Below are positions 61,069 to 64,000 of a stretch of 64,000 nucleotides of DNA, piece after piece; position 1 is the stretch's first letter, and every line of letters starts with the position of its first letter. The stretch comes from Candidatus Latescibacterota bacterium (GTDB taxonomy: Bacteria > Latescibacterota > UBA2968), in NCBI GenBank assembly GCA_965205975.1, contig OZ242195.1, positions 4,896,001-4,960,000 of the forward strand, written 5' to 3'. The translations under genes and the position numbers were made by a program. Below the pieces are notes generated by a model. That model was not told the DNA's origin and did not search any database. It saw only the letters and a program-made list of their open reading frames with translations.

Positions 61069-61850
61069 AACAAACCCTGACAATTGCGGGTTCGGATTCC
61101 GGTGGTGGCGCGGGCATTCAGGCGGATTTGAAAACATTTCACGCCCATGGCGTGTTTGGCCTGTCTGCGATTACATCTGTCACTGCTCAAAATACGCAAG
61201 AGGTGCGTGCAGCTTGTGATTTGCCCGAAGAGATTGTTCGCGCTCAGATAAGTGCCGTGTTTGACGATTTTGAGATTGCTGCGGTGAAGACGGGGATGTT
61301 GTCTTCGCGTGAGATTGTAGAGGCTGTGGCCGATGAGTTGACTGTTCTCAATGGGCAACCGCTCGTGGTCGATCCGGTGATGATTTCGACGAGTGGATTT
61401 CCGTTGCTTAAGGGCGATGCGATACAATGCATCACAGATCGTTTGTTGCCGATCGCTGCGTTGGCGACGCCGAATTGCCCTGAAGCAGAATTGTTGAGTA
61501 AAAAAAAGATAAAGACGCGGGAAGATGCTGGATTTGCTGCGCGCAAAATTGCCGATTTGGGCGCGTGCGCTGTGCTGGTGAAGGGAGGACATTTGGAGGG
61601 TAAGGCAGTGGATGTGTTGTGGGATGGGGCGTGTGAAACGATTTTTGAAGGTGAACGCATTGATACCGGAAATACACACGGGACGGGTTGTACACTGGCA
61701 TCGGCGATAGCGGCTAATTTTGCGCTGGGATACGGGTTGTGCGACGCGATAGATAGAGCAAAAAATTATGTTACAGAAGCTATCCGGCATGGCTTAAATA
61801 TTGGCAAAGGTAACGGTCCTACAAATCATTTTTATTTTTTTCAACTTTAA
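61065..61850 (+). CDS. thiD: HMP/HMP-P kinase
   Basis: IAGSDSGGGAGIQADLK, DPVM, TPN, KGGH, HGTGC. Confidence 0.96.
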   Translation: MKQTLTIAGSDSGGGAGIQADLKTFHAHGVFGLSAITSVTAQNTQEVRAACDLPEEIVRAQISAVFDDFEIAAVKTGMLSSREIVEAVADELTVLNGQPLVVDPVMISTSGFPLLKGDAIQCITDRLLPIAALATPNCPEAELLSKKKIKTREDAGFAARKIADLGACAVLVKGGHLEGKAVDVLWDGACETIFEGERIDTGNTHGTGCTLASAIAANFALGYGLCDAIDRAKNYVTEAIRHGLNIGKGNGPTNHFYFFQL

Positions 61851-61856
61851 CATAAA

Positions 61857-62468
61857 ATGAAAAAAATTGGCAAGCTTCACGTCATAACCGATGTTGTTTT
61901 GCAAGATCGCTTTTCACACGTAGCGCTGGCACAAATGGCTGTTGCTGGGGGAGCGGATACCATTCAGTTTCGACAAAAAGAGGGTTCGACGCGCGCGTTG
62001 ATTGAGACGGCTATTGCCGTGAAGCATGCGTGTGGCGATGTGCCTTTGATTGTGAATGACCGGGTTGATGTGGCGATTGCCTCAGAGGCCGATGGGGTGC
62101 ATTTGGGACAAGATGACTTTCCCATTGGAAAAGCGCGCGATCTGCTTGGGGAAGATGCAGTGATTGGCGGGACGGCAAAGACGCTTTCACAGGCGCATCA
62201 GTGCATTGCCGAAGGTGCGGATTACATCGGTTTTGGACCGATTTATGCAACGGGTTCAAAGGCCGATGCGGGGATTGTGAAAGGTCTGGTAGGCTTGCGC
62301 GAGATGGCCAATGGGGTCAATATCCCGATTATCGCCATTGGGGGTATTGGGATAGAAAATGCTGGCGAGGTGATGCGCGCAGGGGCGCATGGCATTGCGG
62401 TGATTTCAGCAGTGTGTTGCCAGATGGATCCCACTGAGGCGACCCAAAGGTTGATGGATCAATTATAG
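61857..62468 (+). CDS. thiE: Thiamine phosphate synthase
   Basis: QFRQK, VNDRVD, GVHLGQDD, GPIYATGSK, AIGGI. Confidence 0.92.
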   Translation: MKKIGKLHVITDVVLQDRFSHVALAQMAVAGGADTIQFRQKEGSTRALIETAIAVKHACGDVPLIVNDRVDVAIASEADGVHLGQDDFPIGKARDLLGEDAVIGGTAKTLSQAHQCIAEGADYIGFGPIYATGSKADAGIVKGLVGLREMANGVNIPIIAIGGIGIENAGEVMRAGAHGIAVISAVCCQMDPTEATQRLMDQL

Positions 62469-62476
62469 GTACGATT

Positions 62477-64000
62477 TTGTCTAAAAGCCATTTGATTATT
62501 CACACGCTGGTTCTGGTCCCGATTTTTGCGGGATGTCAGCAGAGCGAACAGGTGACGGTTTCGGGTGCGGTTGCAAAGCCGGGTACTTATGTCTATCAGT
62601 CCGACAAAGCGGCGAGCAGTTATCTCGAAGAAGCTGGTGGGATGACGGAAGAAGCACTCCCTGATAGTGCATATCTGGTTCGCGGGTTGGTTGACTCTTC
62701 TGGCAAAGCGGTAATCAAAAGTGTGACGATTCCCCTGTCGGAATATCCAGAAGTTTTGCCCGATGATGTGATTAAAGTGCCAGCCCGTGTTTATGACGTG
62801 CGATTGGATACGGTTCGCGTTTTGCGCGATGTCCGATTGGTTCAAGAGAATCGGATTCTCAAAATTCCCACAGGTGCCCTGGTGTCCGGGTGGACAGAGC
62901 GCGGCGTGCTGGTCGCTTTGTTACTTGGGCGCGGAAAAATTTACGAGATGGCCGATACTGCAAAGGCAGTATGGGCTTTTCATTACTTATACGTTCATTT
63001 GCACCCCGATGAATACGGCCGCCTGAGGGGGTTTGCGGGAGATGTGATTGACAGTTTGGAGGCTCTGGAAGATGCACACGTCATCCATACACGTACCAGA
63101 ACGCAGTTGGATTATGTACGCCCTGGAGGGTTACAGCTTCCGGACACGGGTTATTGGCGCGTGTTGCTGGGGATTTTGCTAACGCCCAGGAGTGCATCTT
63201 TTCCGGGTAAGGGATTGCGCCGGCGTCGCTTTGAGGATGGGCGGGTGTGGACGACTTTTCCCAATGGGCGGCAGCGCTGGCAGCATCCCGATGGGAGGGT
63301 GGAGGTGATATTTCCCGGGGGCGCGAAAGAAACCCGGTTTCCCGATGGGCGGGTTGTATCTGCCTATGAACAGCATGTGTCTCGTTTGAAAGATGAGTCG
63401 GTGGTTCGCAATGGTGTAGCTGGCCGCGCGATGGAGCAACGCACTTCGGAAAGGGTGGCGAGGATTTCGGCAGAGGTAATACCCGATAGCACTACAGTAA
63501 CCCGCAAAAAAAGGAGAAATGAGTCTGCTATTCAGCCCGATGGGTATATGATTGTGAAAGGGGTGGATGGTTCAACTCGGGAAACATTTCCCGATGGGCG
63601 AATTTTGCATCGCAGCGGAACCGGATATCAAGTGGAGATTTTTCCCGATGGGCGAGAGATTGAGAGCAATCGCTTTGGGCAAAAGATCACCTCGTGGCCC
63701 GATGGTCGAAAAGAAGTGCGAATGCCGGTCGCATACAGTTATCCCGGTCCGTTGCGAACAGATCTCGCGGTGGTCAATCCGCTTCCAGACTCGGTTGCCG
63801 CAGGTGAAGAACTGACGGTTACAGGGCAGTTACACAGCGAGGTGGAAGATATATCTATCTCAGCCTTTCTCGCGCCCGATGGCAATGTGATCAAAGGGGC
63901 TGTGCGAAGGCAGGGGCGGCGGTTTCAGGCGCGGTTTCGGTTTGGGGAGGTAGGACATTGTCGCGTACAGGTCCAGGTTGTCCTGCCCAGGGCGCGCACC
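62477..64000 (+). CDS. Lipoprotein with SLBB-like domain and PDG beta-hairpin repeats (partial, runs off the window)
   Basis: Hand translation from TTG is open for 508 codons: IFAGC lipobox, VTVSGAVAKPGTY...YLEEAGG, repeated FPDGR/FPNGR/HPDGR; missing from the ORF track because it has no stop. Confidence 0.8.
   Translation, partial: MSKSHLIIHTLVLVPIFAGCQQSEQVTVSGAVAKPGTYVYQSDKAASSYLEEAGGMTEEALPDSAYLVRGLVDSSGKAVIKSVTIPLSEYPEVLPDDVIKVPARVYDVRLDTVRVLRDVRLVQENRILKIPTGALVSGWTERGVLVALLLGRGKIYEMADTAKAVWAFHYLYVHLHPDEYGRLRGFAGDVIDSLEALEDAHVIHTRTRTQLDYVRPGGLQLPDTGYWRVLLGILLTPRSASFPGKGLRRRRFEDGRVWTTFPNGRQRWQHPDGRVEVIFPGGAKETRFPDGRVVSAYEQHVSRLKDESVVRNGVAGRAMEQRTSERVARISAEVIPDSTTVTRKKRRNESAIQPDGYMIVKGVDGSTRETFPDGRILHRSGTGYQVEIFPDGREIESNRFGQKITSWPDGRKEVRMPVAYSYPGPLRTDLAVVNPLPDSVAAGEELTVTGQLHSEVEDISISAFLAPDGNVIKGAVRRQGRRFQARFRFGEVGHCRVQVQVVLPRART

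Overview
This is a bacterial chromosomal window made mostly of housekeeping genes on the + strand. GWxTD, BatA, Big_5 lipoprotein, DUF1800/DUF1501 and proteins with dockerin-like tails suggest an FCB-group organism such as Latescibacterota or Gemmatimonadota (inference). Main content: ptsN-like IIA, batA-like, topA-xerC, secreted proteins, mqnP/ubiA-ubiX, an RNB-family gene, DUF1800-DUF1501, a short RSH, an exonuclease-DinG fusion, sugar-acid oxidoreductases, HU, an orphan groES, a long holB-metG-tatD-rsmA-ilvE-proC-hisHF-proB-ftsB-recO-valS-pncC-STAS cluster, mltF, and a thiamine locus (thiC divergent from thiO-S-G-tenI-D-E) controlled by two back-to-back TPP riboswitches. No rRNA, tRNA, CRISPR array or transposase was recognised. 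The most notable observations are: (1) an AT-richer three-gene insert (YaaA-like, PD-(D/E)xK nuclease, Zn-ribbon DUF1156-like amino-methyltransferase) with integron-cassette-like boundary motifs; (2) a promoter / Met- and Val-rich leader ORF / terminator upstream of holB-metG; (3) a recurring family of intergenic inverted short tandem-repeat elements; (4) apparent pseudo-enzymes (RNB without catalytic Asp, RSH with a degenerate synthetase); (5) toxin-less TA remnants, including a higB deleted at a 7-bp junction; (6) a dockerin-like C-terminal tag shared by unrelated exported proteins. All family calls come from motifs recognised by eye; no database search was run.
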